Virus record (IMG/VR): IMGVR_UViG_3300037842_000377
Span: 1 to 64,000 of that record
Strand: one strand, 5' to 3'
Length of the DNA: 64,000 nucleotides
Source: a virus
Lineage: Duplodnaviria; Caudoviricetes
The notes under the pieces are model-generated. The model had not been told where the DNA came from, did not search any database, and saw only the letters and a program-made list of their open reading frames with translations. Positions 47,055-58,147 of the stretch are shown piece by piece. Numbering within the stretch: the stretch's first letter is position 1; every line of letters begins with the position of its first letter. The translations under genes and the position numbers were made by a program.

Positions 47055-47790
47055 CCGATACATAACGAGTGCTAAGACAGACAACCCAGAGTTGAAGCGT
47101 GATGAAAAGGTTACATTCATATTCTTAGCAGAAAACTATGGCTACCGTATGAAATCGTACGGTCCAGTCCCCCTAATCAATATTGGAGAAAAAACCCTCT
47201 TAGAGCACCAAATTCACGCTATTGAGGCGACATTTATTGACTTCGAAGTCATCTTATGCTCTGGATTTGAGACCCAAAAGATCTACCAGTTCGTTCAGGC
47301 GAACTTTGCCCCCAGCGTTCCCATTCGCATTGTTGAGAATCAGGTCTATTATCACAGCAACTGTTGTGAGGGTCTTCGGTTGTGTTTGAACAACACTAGA
47401 AATGACAAAATTATCGTCTGTGGAGGCGGTGTACTATTAACTATTCCTTATCTAAGATCTCTCAATACTAAGAAGTCGTCGATACCATATCAGAAGAGTT
47501 CTAAAGAGTCTTCTTTTGATATTGGGATTATCAACAACAATGACCGTCTGGAGAATTTCGCCTTAGCGGTGAAAGATAAAGTGTGGACAGACCTACTTTA
47601 CCTTAATAGTGAAGCTATGATTAGATCATTCTATAACACTATTTCCAAACCAGAACTAAAGACCAAGTTTCTGTTTGAGGCTATCAACGCTTGGCGTGGG
47701 AGAAGGCAACTTTTCCTCTCAGAAAATAAAGATGAACAAATTATCAAAGTGGACAACATAAAGACCTTCAAGAGGATTACTGAACAATGA
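47041..47790 (+). CDS. nucleotidyltransferase-like protein
   Basis: FLAENYGYRMKSYGPVPLI, a degenerate LAAG.G.RM..PK motif. Confidence 0.72.
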   Translation: MKQNSRYITSAKTDNPELKRDEKVTFIFLAENYGYRMKSYGPVPLINIGEKTLLEHQIHAIEATFIDFEVILCSGFETQKIYQFVQANFAPSVPIRIVENQVYYHSNCCEGLRLCLNNTRNDKIIVCGGGVLLTIPYLRSLNTKKSSIPYQKSSKESSFDIGIINNNDRLENFALAVKDKVWTDLLYLNSEAMIRSFYNTISKPELKTKFLFEAINAWRGRRQLFLSENKDEQIIKVDNIKTFKRITEQ

Positions 47791-48680
47791 AAATCTTGTT
47801 TCACGACTATTCAAGTGAACTAACCACGGAACCTAGGTATATGACGGTCGCACTACAGTATTGTGGTGTGGATGCCGCGTTGTGGAATGATAGTCGTGTC
47901 AGTGCTTTTGACATATGCGACCAGCTACAGCCAAATGTGTTTGTTACTCACTACACAATGATCACTCCGGATATAATTAAGTATTTGGAACAAAATAACA
48001 GTATTCAATTGGTTGTTAATGTGACAGGTATGTCTGACAATCAACTTGTTGATTTTGAAAAATTCACAGCCAACAAGGGGATAAATGTACCCTTCGTCTT
48101 TACCAATTCGTTTGATCAGACCGAGCCACAAACCAATATTCGATATGAGAAGATTCCACCGGCTTTTGATCTATTTGCTACTCAGCGTTCTAAACACACT
48201 GAGCCGCTATGCCCTAGAGCCATCTTTGCTAATGTATATGACGATGCAGTTGAACATGAAACTAAGGATGGAGATGTTTACCACTTAGTACAATTCACTA
48301 ACGGTGAAATCAACCCGAAGTTTGATATTCGGTCTAACGCAACGTCTGCTCATGAGTTGTACAAGAGGTATGGGTCATTTACCCTCGTAGGAGATATGGA
48401 CTTCTGTTCTTCTCAGATATTCTTCGATCTCACAATGAATGCTACTAATGTCATCGTTAAGACAGATAATACAGACGAGTTTGAGAAAGTCCTAACGTCA
48501 TTATTTAAAGACACGGGATCTACTGAGGATATGTCTATACAGATTAAGAATCAAATGAAGAGTCACCACACGCCATTCCATCGTGTTGGAACCCTGATGA
48601 GACTCTTAGGTGATGAAGAAGCCGCCAATAAGGTTGATCCTGCTCACGGAGTCGTGCTAGAAGTCATCAAGGAGATATAA
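47787..48680 (+). CDS. hypothetical protein (GT-fold-like)
   Basis: Coupled ORF within glycan cluster; HTPFHR C-terminus. Confidence 0.65.
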   Translation: MKILFHDYSSELTTEPRYMTVALQYCGVDAALWNDSRVSAFDICDQLQPNVFVTHYTMITPDIIKYLEQNNSIQLVVNVTGMSDNQLVDFEKFTANKGINVPFVFTNSFDQTEPQTNIRYEKIPPAFDLFATQRSKHTEPLCPRAIFANVYDDAVEHETKDGDVYHLVQFTNGEINPKFDIRSNATSAHELYKRYGSFTLVGDMDFCSSQIFFDLTMNATNVIVKTDNTDEFEKVLTSLFKDTGSTEDMSIQIKNQMKSHHTPFHRVGTLMRLLGDEEAANKVDPAHGVVLEVIKEI

Positions 48681-49394
48681 ATGAGAATTCTAGTACAATT
48701 TCCTACATACGGTCGGGCTGCTAAGTTTATAGACGTGTTATCTAAGTACGTGGAGTTGTGTAGCGATGAGAATGAAATCACTTTTAACATCAATTGCGAC
48801 ACGTCTGATTCGACTATGACAAGTGAGTATGTGAAGGGTCGTATTATTCGTTTATTACTGGGTCACAAACCCAGCACACACGGGACAATCTACTACGACG
48901 AGAATACTGAGAAGATCAGTGCTATCAACAATCATATTCCTAAGGATGGTTGGGATGTAGTTGTATGTGCTAGTGATGACATGGTTCCACAAGTGGAAAA
49001 CTGGGACAGGGAGATCTCACATGCGATGATGGAGTACTTCCCAGACCTTGACGGCTGTGTTCACTTCGACGACGGCAACACTAATGGAGAGCTAATCACT
49101 TTCTCAATTCTAGGGAAAAAGCTGTATGACGAATTTGGATACATCTACCACCCAGACTACAAAAGCCTCTACTGCGACAACGAGTTCACAGACGAAGTTC
49201 GAAGAATGGGCCGAGAACAGTATATTGATAAGGTTATTGTTAGCCACGAGCATTGGAGTATTGAGGGTTCTGAGAACCACAACGAGGTGGATCTAGCTGT
49301 TCAGAAGACACTTCACTACTCAGGCCGGGACGCTCAGGTGTACGAGCAAAGAAAAGCCCTAGGGTTCCCTAAAGAAAGGATTACAAGTGATTAA
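48681..49394 (+). CDS. GT2-like glycosyltransferase
   Basis: FPTYGR, KISAIN, SDDM, YCDNE. Confidence 0.8.
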   Translation: MRILVQFPTYGRAAKFIDVLSKYVELCSDENEITFNINCDTSDSTMTSEYVKGRIIRLLLGHKPSTHGTIYYDENTEKISAINNHIPKDGWDVVVCASDDMVPQVENWDREISHAMMEYFPDLDGCVHFDDGNTNGELITFSILGKKLYDEFGYIYHPDYKSLYCDNEFTDEVRRMGREQYIDKVIVSHEHWSIEGSENHNEVDLAVQKTLHYSGRDAQVYEQRKALGFPKERITSD

Positions 49395-50139
49395 ATATTC
49401 AATAGGAATAGTAACGTTTGAACATCGGTTCGAGAAGTTCTTTAAGCCTCTCATTAAGCAGATCAAAGAGTTCCGTCCAGACATTGAGATAATGGTTGCT
49501 ATCAATGGAGAGTATAAAGCTGATTTCAATCAAACTTACAGGGCCGATATTCTGAAATTCATTAGTGAATATTCCAATATCTTTCCCAATATACATCCAG
49601 AGTTCAGATCGTTAGCCAAATTATGGAACAACCTATTAATCAACGCTAGTAATCATCATGTATTACTGTTAAACGACGATGTTTCTATTTCCAATGAAGC
49701 GTTTTTTGATGCCCTAGAGGGAGTCCTAGAATCAGATGGGTTTTTTAAGATCAACGGCAGTTGGAGCCACACCATGCTGGATAGAAGGATCATCTCCGCA
49801 TTAAACTGGTTTGATGAGAGATTTTTAGGGGTTGGCGAAGAAGACGGCGACATGGAGTGGCAAATTGGTGTCCAGTCTGATGGGGGAACTATAAAGTCAA
49901 TACAAGTACCAAATATCATCAACCATGTAGACGCAGAAAATGTACTACAGAATATTAAGAAAGTGAACACTAAATACACTCAGTTCAATCTTGATTTTAT
50001 TCACTGGCACAAATATGAGATAGATCCCACTGATGGTCAGCAGTATGGGATTAACCCACGGCCACTAGTGTTGAAGAACCCTAAGCCGCCCCTACACACA
50101 ACTGAGCCATTTTACTGGGAAAACAGGGGTGAATTATGA
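49387..50139 (+). CDS. GT2-like glycosyltransferase
   Basis: AKLWN, LLNDDV, FDERF..GEEDGD. Confidence 0.8.
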   Translation: MIKYSIGIVTFEHRFEKFFKPLIKQIKEFRPDIEIMVAINGEYKADFNQTYRADILKFISEYSNIFPNIHPEFRSLAKLWNNLLINASNHHVLLLNDDVSISNEAFFDALEGVLESDGFFKINGSWSHTMLDRRIISALNWFDERFLGVGEEDGDMEWQIGVQSDGGTIKSIQVPNIINHVDAENVLQNIKKVNTKYTQFNLDFIHWHKYEIDPTDGQQYGINPRPLVLKNPKPPLHTTEPFYWENRGEL

Positions 50140-51365
50140 GAGTTCATAGACTCAGCAGTATCGATAAACACCGACGACTATTTGACTCCGATATGAATGG
50201 CAGATATATAAATGTGTATCAGTTAGATAACGCGGAGTTAGTAGGTGATCTGATATACCCCAACGTCCGAGTGTTATCCCCTAAGGATAATAAGGTATAC
50301 AACCCCATTAACGAGAGGGTTATGTCCCTCCAGAGTGTGGATACAGAGGATTCTATCGAAGATGTAGCTCCAAGAGGAAGAACCGCTGTTAAAGACCCAG
50401 TGTTTTTCTTCATGTATAACACAGATAATTACTACCATTTCCTGTACGACACTATGCCGTATCTACTGTCGTACTTCAGGATGAAACAGAATTACCGAAA
50501 TCTCCGTCTTCTAATGACATATCCAAACGCGGAGGCTCGTAAACTGTACCCATTTGTAGTAGAGTTTCTGGAGTTGGCAGGGATTGATATGGAAAAAGAC
50601 GTTGTCTTCGCAGACTCTGGAATGTGGTGTAAACCCATGTTTATCTCAGAATCTTACACTCATGGACATGACTCCAACGCTCCGCCTAGAGCAGAGGTGT
50701 ACGACTTTCTCAAAGATATAGCGAAGGATATCAAGCCCAATACAAATTATGGACAAAAGCTGTATATATCCAGACGCTCGTGGAAGCATAACGACAAATC
50801 TAACATAGGTACAGACTACACCACACGGAGACGCTTGGCAAATGAAGACAAACTGGTTGACTTTCTTGAATCCATAGGTTATACTGAAGTATTCACGGAA
50901 ACCATGTCTACGGAAGAGAAGATAGGGGTTTTCAAGCAGGCCACACATGTGGTTGGTGCTATTGGTGGGGGAATGCTAAATACCCTGTTTTGCCCAAAGA
51001 CAACTAATATTGAGTGTATAGTGTCTCCCACCTTCTTCGATGTAAATGTAAGATTCACTCATGGACTTCCTTCTGGCACTAGGATGTTTGGCAGCACCGA
51101 GCACGTAGAAAAGAGAACCTACAAGAACCATATGAGAGCATCTGACCTTCAGGGTAATGTTGGGGAAATTTGTAGGATGAAGGGTGATGAGGCGGGTATG
51201 ATCGGACTGAAGTATCTAGATAAACAGAGGGTCGCTGGATGGAATCTTCAAGCAAGTTACCGTAGAAAGCTAGTACGTGAAGAAGATTTAAAACTCTTAG
51301 ATAAAGGGTTAAATTCTGAATGGACTATGAACCTTGAACAATTTAAGCAGATGATGAATGAATAA
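50136..51365 (+). CDS. GT61/DUF563-like glycosyltransferase
   Basis: NYYHFLYD, YISRR, RRLANE, GAIGGGMLN. Confidence 0.78.
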   Translation: MRVHRLSSIDKHRRLFDSDMNGRYINVYQLDNAELVGDLIYPNVRVLSPKDNKVYNPINERVMSLQSVDTEDSIEDVAPRGRTAVKDPVFFFMYNTDNYYHFLYDTMPYLLSYFRMKQNYRNLRLLMTYPNAEARKLYPFVVEFLELAGIDMEKDVVFADSGMWCKPMFISESYTHGHDSNAPPRAEVYDFLKDIAKDIKPNTNYGQKLYISRRSWKHNDKSNIGTDYTTRRRLANEDKLVDFLESIGYTEVFTETMSTEEKIGVFKQATHVVGAIGGGMLNTLFCPKTTNIECIVSPTFFDVNVRFTHGLPSGTRMFGSTEHVEKRTYKNHMRASDLQGNVGEICRMKGDEAGMIGLKYLDKQRVAGWNLQASYRRKLVREEDLKLLDKGLNSEWTMNLEQFKQMMNE

Positions 51366-51966
51366 TGTCATAGCTATCTGCGGAGACTCTGGTAGTGGTA
51401 AGACCACGCTGGCCGCTCAGTTACTGTCTCGTATAAACCACTCTATGGTTCTTGAGTGCGACAGATACCACAGGTGGGAGAGAAGTGACTACCACTGGAA
51501 GTATTACACGCCCCTCAATCCGTTGGCAAACCATCTAGACTTAATGGTCAGCGACGTTGAGCAACTAAGGAATGGCAAGGAAATTTTCCAGCGAGACTAT
51601 GATCATACCCTTGGGACATTTACTGAGACACAAGCAATAAGTCCAGAGAAAACAATCATTGTCAGCGGCCTCCACACACTACATATCTCTGCCGACGTAA
51701 AGATCTTCATAGACACGGAGAAGAACCTCAAATACCTGTGGAAGCTGGAGAGGGACTTCAAATATCGTGGCTATCAAATAGACGACATAATGGCTAAGAT
51801 TAAGAGCAGGGAAATTGAGTTCCAGAATTACATTCTACCACAGAAAGAGGTCGCAGATATCATCTTAACGTATTTCTGGGATAAAAAACAAACACAGTCT
51901 GTTCAAATTGTTAATGACAATGAGAGTTCACAAAAAATAGTGAGGATACTAAATGAATCAGTATAA
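51358..51966 (+). CDS. uridine kinase/phosphoribulokinase-family P-loop kinase
   Basis: AICGDSGSGKTT, DRYH, RD..RG, YILPQK..AD. Confidence 0.85.
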   Translation: MNNVIAICGDSGSGKTTLAAQLLSRINHSMVLECDRYHRWERSDYHWKYYTPLNPLANHLDLMVSDVEQLRNGKEIFQRDYDHTLGTFTETQAISPEKTIIVSGLHTLHISADVKIFIDTEKNLKYLWKLERDFKYRGYQIDDIMAKIKSREIEFQNYILPQKEVADIILTYFWDKKQTQSVQIVNDNESSQKIVRILNESV

Positions 51967-52687
51967 CCAAATAGACATTTGTAATAACAACTCCAAGAAC
52001 TGTATTTCTAATGATGTTTATGAGGCTTTCAACAAGTTCATATTCTCCAGCGATATCAAGCTGATCGGCAAGCTACTCCATCGCTTTCACTTCTTTCAAG
52101 AGACCAAACACCTAGCCGGTGACATAGTGGAAGTAGGGGTGTTTAAGGGGTCTGGAGTAGCAACGTTTGTCAAGTTCCTAGAAGTGTTCATTCCCAACTC
52201 TAATAAGAAAATTGTTGGGTTTGACATATTTGACCCCGGTGAAGGCAGTTTCATCTTCAATAATAAAGACACAGAGATCGACAAGAACAGTATGGAGGCC
52301 GTCTACAGCAAGGTGGATAACGATGAATTATCCTTAGAGGTTGTAAATGATCGACTGTTAGGCATTTCAGAGGGTGTTGTTGACAAAGTCAAACTGATCA
52401 AGGGTGACGTACAGGAGACCATGCCTAAGTTCTTAGAAGATAACCCCGGCTTCAGGGCATCCTTGATCTATATTGATGTAGACATTGAGCGTCCAACATA
52501 CCATGCGTTAATGAACCTGTGGGATAGGCTATTACCCGGAGGCGTAATTCTATTCGACGAGTATGAATACCATCTATTTAGCGAGAGCGTTGGTGTGGAG
52601 AAATTCCTGAAAGATAAGGGTCTTAAATACAACGTACACTCTACCGATTGGTTCGCCCCAACTGCTTACATGAGGAAAGAACAATGA
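51953..52687 (+). CDS. TylF/MycF-family O-methyltransferase
   Basis: GDIVEVGVFKG, GFDIF, IDVD, GGVILFDEY. Confidence 0.85.
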   Translation: MNQYNQIDICNNNSKNCISNDVYEAFNKFIFSSDIKLIGKLLHRFHFFQETKHLAGDIVEVGVFKGSGVATFVKFLEVFIPNSNKKIVGFDIFDPGEGSFIFNNKDTEIDKNSMEAVYSKVDNDELSLEVVNDRLLGISEGVVDKVKLIKGDVQETMPKFLEDNPGFRASLIYIDVDIERPTYHALMNLWDRLLPGGVILFDEYEYHLFSESVGVEKFLKDKGLKYNVHSTDWFAPTAYMRKEQ

Positions 52688-53325
52688 TGGACATTGTAGA
52701 TATGACACTGGCACTGGAGCCATTTGTAGTAGGTACGGAGGGAAATACATCATGTAGACATAACATGGGTAAGGGCTTTACTATAAAAGCTAGTGGAAAA
52801 TCGTTTAAGAAAATCACATACGGTGACTTTGTAGAGTGTGACAATCTTGGAAACGGCAAGTCGTCACATCTTAAACCCAGCATGGAGAGTGCTCTACACG
52901 CTTACATATACAAGGAAAACCCTAAGGTTAACTTCATAGCACATACCCACCCCTTAAACTGCTTGAAGATCGTGTGTAACGCAGATAAAATGTACACATT
53001 CGCCAATGATAGATTCTTTCCAGATCAAGTAGTGTTCAACGGTCGGAAATCCTGTGTAGTTCCCTACGCTATACCCGGTGAACCATTGGCTCTAGCGTTA
53101 TCTGAATCTATCTCTAATTGGCGTGGTTCGTTTCCAGAGGTGATCTTGCTCGCTAATCATGGTATCATTTGCTGCGGAAAGACCGCTAAGGAGTGCGTCA
53201 TTAAGACTCATATATGTGAGAAGGCAGCGGCTTCCTTCTCGATGGACAACAATCCACTGAGCTATGAGCAGGTTAAAGAAATTCTAGAAGACCCTAAGGA
53301 AATTCACAGGAGAAACTTAGCATGA
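52684..53325 (+). CDS. class II aldolase/adducin family protein
   Basis: EGNTS, PSMESALH, HTHP, LANHG. Confidence 0.88.
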   Translation: MMDIVDMTLALEPFVVGTEGNTSCRHNMGKGFTIKASGKSFKKITYGDFVECDNLGNGKSSHLKPSMESALHAYIYKENPKVNFIAHTHPLNCLKIVCNADKMYTFANDRFFPDQVVFNGRKSCVVPYAIPGEPLALALSESISNWRGSFPEVILLANHGIICCGKTAKECVIKTHICEKAAASFSMDNNPLSYEQVKEILEDPKEIHRRNLA

Positions 53326-53630
53326 AGATCAGAGTAGACATAGACGAGACCATCTGTTCTTACGAAGAGGATATAGCTCTGGATGGAAAGAAATGCTATG
53401 ACAAGGCTATACCCAACCACATAAACATCGCTAAGATCAACAACCTATACGACGGTGGACATGAGATTATCTACTGGACCGCGAGAGGTAGTAGAAGTGG
53501 ACTCGATTGGCATGAGTTCACAGAGAATCAACTGAAGTCTTGGGGGGCAAAATTTCACGGGCTAGAGTGTAATAAACCCTATTATGACCTATTCATAGAA
53601 GATCGTAGTAAAAGGATTGAAGAAATATGA
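53322..53630 (+). CDS. minimal HAD-family phosphatase
   Basis: DIDETI, WTARG, KP.YDLFIED. Confidence 0.8.
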   Translation: MKIRVDIDETICSYEEDIALDGKKCYDKAIPNHINIAKINNLYDGGHEIIYWTARGSRSGLDWHEFTENQLKSWGAKFHGLECNKPYYDLFIEDRSKRIEEI

Positions 53631-54445
53631 GACGATGTAAAATAGAACCATTATACGGCATGTCACTACACCTAGATTATTATTGTGTGTTTGCCGGATG
53701 CCCACACATACAGTTTGAAGTGGTTTTTAATGACGACCTTATTAAACAACTCCGACCAGAGCACTGGAAAGAGTATTCTCAGAAAATGTACGATATTCTT
53801 CGAGCAAGAATGTCAGACTTAGATAATGTGCGTACGACAGATGATAGCACGAGCACTGAAGACTGCCCTCTTATCAAACGTCCCATTCCTCACGATCTAG
53901 CTAAATTCCTAGATATCAAACCCAACTCTATTAAGACAGCAATTCCTCCCGCTACGATACGTGAAAACCACGTAGTCCTGAACACAAAATGTATAACGGT
54001 CTCAGATTATGGGCTTAAAGAAAAATGGGATGCTATAAAAACACCACTGTTTCATATGCTAAATGACTCTGGTGTTAAAGTGATAATCATAGGAGAGAAA
54101 GAACCCTCTCACTGTCGGGAGTATGATATACATAAAACATTCTCCATTTATAAAGACATTGTTAATGGGGATCTTCTGAATTTGGAAGATCTTACTCAAC
54201 CTGAAACCACCTCGTTGTACGACCAGAGGATTATCGATAGAAACATAGATTGGCTTAGACATTCCCTGTTTAATATCCACATAGGGGAAGGCGGAGGGCA
54301 AGTAGTATATTCTCACTGTAACAATCTAATAGCACTAACAGGAAGAGAGTTACAGATGTTCAAATTCATAGACAACCCATACTTTACCGAAAATACGTTT
54401 GACCAAAACGCTTTTCTTGAAATGGTATGGAGTAAATTAGGATGA
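53627..54445 (+). CDS. hypothetical protein (GT-B-like)
   Basis: Coupled ORF in glycan cluster. Confidence 0.6.
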   Translation: MRRCKIEPLYGMSLHLDYYCVFAGCPHIQFEVVFNDDLIKQLRPEHWKEYSQKMYDILRARMSDLDNVRTTDDSTSTEDCPLIKRPIPHDLAKFLDIKPNSIKTAIPPATIRENHVVLNTKCITVSDYGLKEKWDAIKTPLFHMLNDSGVKVIIIGEKEPSHCREYDIHKTFSIYKDIVNGDLLNLEDLTQPETTSLYDQRIIDRNIDWLRHSLFNIHIGEGGGQVVYSHCNNLIALTGRELQMFKFIDNPYFTENTFDQNAFLEMVWSKLG

Positions 54446-54930
54446 AGATTATATCACATAGAGGGAATTTAGACGGTCCCAATATTGAGAGGGAAAATAC
54501 CCTAAGTTACATAGATGAAGCCCTGTCTCATGGGTACGACGCGGAGATTGATCTTAGGGTTCAGCATGGCGTTCTTCATTTGGGGCACGATAGGCCGGAT
54601 CGACAGATAAATTATCTAGACCTAAAAGATAGAAGACAAAGACTATGGATGCACTGTAAGGATATCTTATCGTTCTCCTACTGTTCAGGGGGACGTGCGT
54701 TTTGTCATAAGTCTGACCCCTTCTCCATCGTTACAAATGGTCCGTGGATATCTAGTAACAATGGGTTTATGTGGGTTCACGACTTATCCCTAGAACTCAC
54801 AAGAGATAGTGTAATTCCCCTCATTTCTAAAGAAGATATCGACAACTTTGATCTAGAGAGAGCTAAGTGTATTTATGGTATATGTACGGATTACCCAAAC
54901 TATCTCAAGGAGCAGTTGAGTGATCAATAA
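54442..54930 (+). CDS. glycerophosphodiester phosphodiesterase-like protein
   Basis: ISHRGN, ENT, EIDL, LGHD, GICTDY. Confidence 0.8.
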   Translation: MKIISHRGNLDGPNIERENTLSYIDEALSHGYDAEIDLRVQHGVLHLGHDRPDRQINYLDLKDRRQRLWMHCKDILSFSYCSGGRAFCHKSDPFSIVTNGPWISSNNGFMWVHDLSLELTRDSVIPLISKEDIDNFDLERAKCIYGICTDYPNYLKEQLSDQ

Positions 54931-56470
54931 GAAAGATGTACAACTAGTAATCCCAATGTCGGGAATTGGCAAGAGGTTTATAGAGGCTGGCTATGAGACC
55001 ACTAAGTCTATGATTGAGGTGGACGGTAAGCCAATTATAGCTCACGTCTTAGACATGTTTCCGGGTGTAGAGGATGTTACGTTTATCTGTAATCAGGACC
55101 ATATCAGTAATACCAATATGTCAAAGGTGTTATACGGTCTATGTCCCACATGTAATATTATTTCCATCGCTCCCCATAAGAAGGGACCAGTATACGCCGT
55201 ATCCAGCGTGGCACGTCTCTTAGATCGGGATAAGCCTGTTATCGTGAGCTACTGTGACTTTGGTACCGTGTGGGATTTTGAGGGCTTCCTAGGGGCCGTA
55301 GAGGGCTTCGATGGCGGAATACCATGTTACACTGGGTTTCACCCTCACATGCTCAGAGGGGAGAACTACGCCTTCTGTAAAGAAGAGAATATGACCCTCC
55401 AAGATATCAAAGAGAAGGAATCATTCACTGAGAATAAGATGGATGAGTACGCCTCCAACGGTGTCTACTACTTCAACTCCGGGGCCACAGTAAAAAAATA
55501 CTTCAACCAGTTAATGGATGAAGATATCAATCTCAATGGTGAGTTCTACGTAAGCCTAGTCTACAAGCTACTACTAAGAGATGGACTGAAGACTAAGATC
55601 TTTGAAATAGATAAGATGTTACAGTGGGGCACTCCTTACGATCTTGAAATCTACAAAGGGTGGTCTAATTGTTTCGCTAATCTCAAAAAGGAGCAAAATA
55701 CAGCACCAGAGCAGGACTTCACCCTCGTTCTCCCAATGGCTGGTAAAGGCGAGAGGTTCTCATCTCGTGGGTATAAACAACCCAAGCCGCTAATCCCAGT
55801 TAATGGAGACCCTATGGTTATCAGGGCGGTGAAATCTTTGCCTAAATTCAAGGATTCTTGCTTTATTTGCTTGGAAAAACACACTAACGACCCTATAATA
55901 GATAGGGAGATACAGAAGTATTACCCGAACGCATCAGTTTTAACCACGGGCGGTGTCACTGATGGTCAAGCATGTACGGTTCGCCTAGCTACCAAGTATT
56001 TGGATGACGAACCCATCCTGATCTCAGCTTGCGACAACGGAGCGTGCTACGACGAGGCTAAGTTCCTAGATCTTGTAAATGATGAGACCGTTGACGTAAT
56101 CGTGTGGTCGTTTAGGAATAATCAGACGAGTAAAATCAATCCTGACATGTACTCTTGGTTGGACGTAGACGAGAATAACAGCGTGCGGAACGTATCCTGT
56201 AAAAAGTTTCCGGGTGGAGATCCACTGAAGACACACGCTATCATTGGAACGTTCTACTACAGAAGGGGACGGGACTTCAACGATGGGTTCAAAGAAAACC
56301 GTAAAAAAGATATTCGTACCGCCAGCGAATTTTATGTGGACGATGTTTTGAACAGGAACATAGAAGCCGGGCTTAATGTCAAGGTGTTTGAGGTAGATAA
56401 TTACATCTGCTGGGGAACCCCTGACGACTATGAGACCTACAACTATTGGAGAGAGCACTTTGAAGACTAA
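54920..56470 (+). CDS. tandem two-domain sugar nucleotidyltransferase
   Basis: Two repeats: PMSGIGKRF..EFYV..WGTP and PMAGKGERF..EFYV..WGTP. Confidence 0.85.
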   Translation: MINKKDVQLVIPMSGIGKRFIEAGYETTKSMIEVDGKPIIAHVLDMFPGVEDVTFICNQDHISNTNMSKVLYGLCPTCNIISIAPHKKGPVYAVSSVARLLDRDKPVIVSYCDFGTVWDFEGFLGAVEGFDGGIPCYTGFHPHMLRGENYAFCKEENMTLQDIKEKESFTENKMDEYASNGVYYFNSGATVKKYFNQLMDEDINLNGEFYVSLVYKLLLRDGLKTKIFEIDKMLQWGTPYDLEIYKGWSNCFANLKKEQNTAPEQDFTLVLPMAGKGERFSSRGYKQPKPLIPVNGDPMVIRAVKSLPKFKDSCFICLEKHTNDPIIDREIQKYYPNASVLTTGGVTDGQACTVRLATKYLDDEPILISACDNGACYDEAKFLDLVNDETVDVIVWSFRNNQTSKINPDMYSWLDVDENNSVRNVSCKKFPGGDPLKTHAIIGTFYYRRGRDFNDGFKENRKKDIRTASEFYVDDVLNRNIEAGLNVKVFEVDNYICWGTPDDYETYNYWREHFED

Positions 56471-57317
56471 AGCGTTTGTTTACTACCATCAAGGAATGAC
56501 AGATCTGGTAGTCTGTATGGGTTTGATAGACCATTATAGCTCTCTCTATGATGAGGTGTTAGTATTCCTGAGGTCAGACGTTAGGGATATGATGGACTTC
56601 TACCTACGGGGTAAAGATAATGTCGAGCCTATCTATTTCAAGGGTGACGACGGTAGATATTATGGAACTATTGAAAAAAGCCTTAGTATTGACAGATTTC
56701 ACTACTCATCCGCTAACAATGGATCTTTATTACTCAACCCAGAATACGTAATGTGTACTCATGGAGAGCATGATAAGTGGAGAGAAGACGAGTTGGGTAT
56801 GAGGTGGTATAATTACTTCGTAGCCCACAGGATTGTTCCGGGCACCCTCAAGTTCCCACACTTCACAAAGGCTTTCTATGAGTATTACAACATCGATTTC
56901 TCAAAAAGAGTCACTAACTTCAGTATTAAGAGAGATACAGAGCTAGAAGATGCCGCTTATGAGAAATTCGTCAGGGAGCATGGGGAAGATTATGTCATGT
57001 ACCACGACGATCAGAAACGTGAAGAGACTAAGGGCGTTGGGGTTCCCTACAAATCGACCCATATTAAGCTAGATAGGAAAGAGGGTCTCAGCTATGTCAA
57101 TCTTAACAAAGCAACCAATACGTTCTTTGACTACATTAAGATCATTGAGAACGCACATGAAATACATGTGGTAGACTCTGTTTGGGCCTGCTTGCTGTAT
57201 CAGCTAGACTCTAGATATGGAACGCTAGACAATAAGACCGTCAACGTGTACTGCCAGCGTGGGCACTACGAAATATTCAAAAACCCTATCTCATTATCAA
57301 ACTGGAATCTAATATGA
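56460..57317 (+). CDS. hypothetical GT-like protein
   Basis: TTG start; HQGMTD, ENAHEIHVVDS. Confidence 0.65.
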   Translation: MKTKAFVYYHQGMTDLVVCMGLIDHYSSLYDEVLVFLRSDVRDMMDFYLRGKDNVEPIYFKGDDGRYYGTIEKSLSIDRFHYSSANNGSLLLNPEYVMCTHGEHDKWREDELGMRWYNYFVAHRIVPGTLKFPHFTKAFYEYYNIDFSKRVTNFSIKRDTELEDAAYEKFVREHGEDYVMYHDDQKREETKGVGVPYKSTHIKLDRKEGLSYVNLNKATNTFFDYIKIIENAHEIHVVDSVWACLLYQLDSRYGTLDNKTVNVYCQRGHYEIFKNPISLSNWNLI

Positions 57318-58147
57318 TAGTTCACGCTAACGTTATGATACAGAATGAAGCGTTGATCCTCCCGGAGGTATACAAATACTGGAAGGATTACCCAGTGGAC
57401 AAGTGGGTTTTCTACGACGACAACTCCACTGACAATACCGTAGAGGTGATCAGCGATCTGTTTGGGGACAAAGCCATTATCCTTAAGGGTAGGAGAACAG
57501 AGTTCAACGAGAGTCACAATAGGCAAGAGATGTTGTCCTGCTCTAGATGGAACGATGCTGACTTTGTGTTAGCAATAGATGCCGACGAGCTACTATCTCA
57601 GTCTTGGTTGGATAATTGGGAGCCGTTGTTAGAGTTAAACACCCTCTTCGACCTTGAATTCTTCTGGTATAATGTTGTGGGAGAGATAGGAAAATTCAGA
57701 ACAGACCCTATGTATCAGGACAACTACCGTACATTCATGCTACCAATGAAGAGTACGGGAAATTTTGATCTAGGTCAATACAAGTATCACACTCCACGCA
57801 CCCCTCCTGTGTGCCTTGAGAGGCGTAGGTTTAAGGATGCTGGAGTCATCCATCTACAGGGTATCAATCTACGGTATTATGCCCTCAAACAACTGTGGTA
57901 CAAGCATTACGAATACAAGAAATGGAACCATCCAATAGACTATATCAATCAGAGGTATGACCCAGTAGTCAACGGTTTCAATTTTCATGAGGAAGATACC
58001 CCAGAATACATTCTTGGAGATATGACTTTTGACGCCTCAATTTACGACAAAATAGCAGACGTTAAGGGGTATGAGCAATTTATCAGAGACCACTATGTCC
58101 CGGAGTTGGTGACATTTGGGAAACAATTCTTGGAGGGAATAGAATGA
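57314..58147 (+). CDS. glycosyltransferase family 2
   Basis: QNEA, DDNSTDNT, IDADE. Confidence 0.82.
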   Translation: MIVHANVMIQNEALILPEVYKYWKDYPVDKWVFYDDNSTDNTVEVISDLFGDKAIILKGRRTEFNESHNRQEMLSCSRWNDADFVLAIDADELLSQSWLDNWEPLLELNTLFDLEFFWYNVVGEIGKFRTDPMYQDNYRTFMLPMKSTGNFDLGQYKYHTPRTPPVCLERRRFKDAGVIHLQGINLRYYALKQLWYKHYEYKKWNHPIDYINQRYDPVVNGFNFHEEDTPEYILGDMTFDASIYDKIADVKGYEQFIRDHYVPELVTFGKQFLEGIE

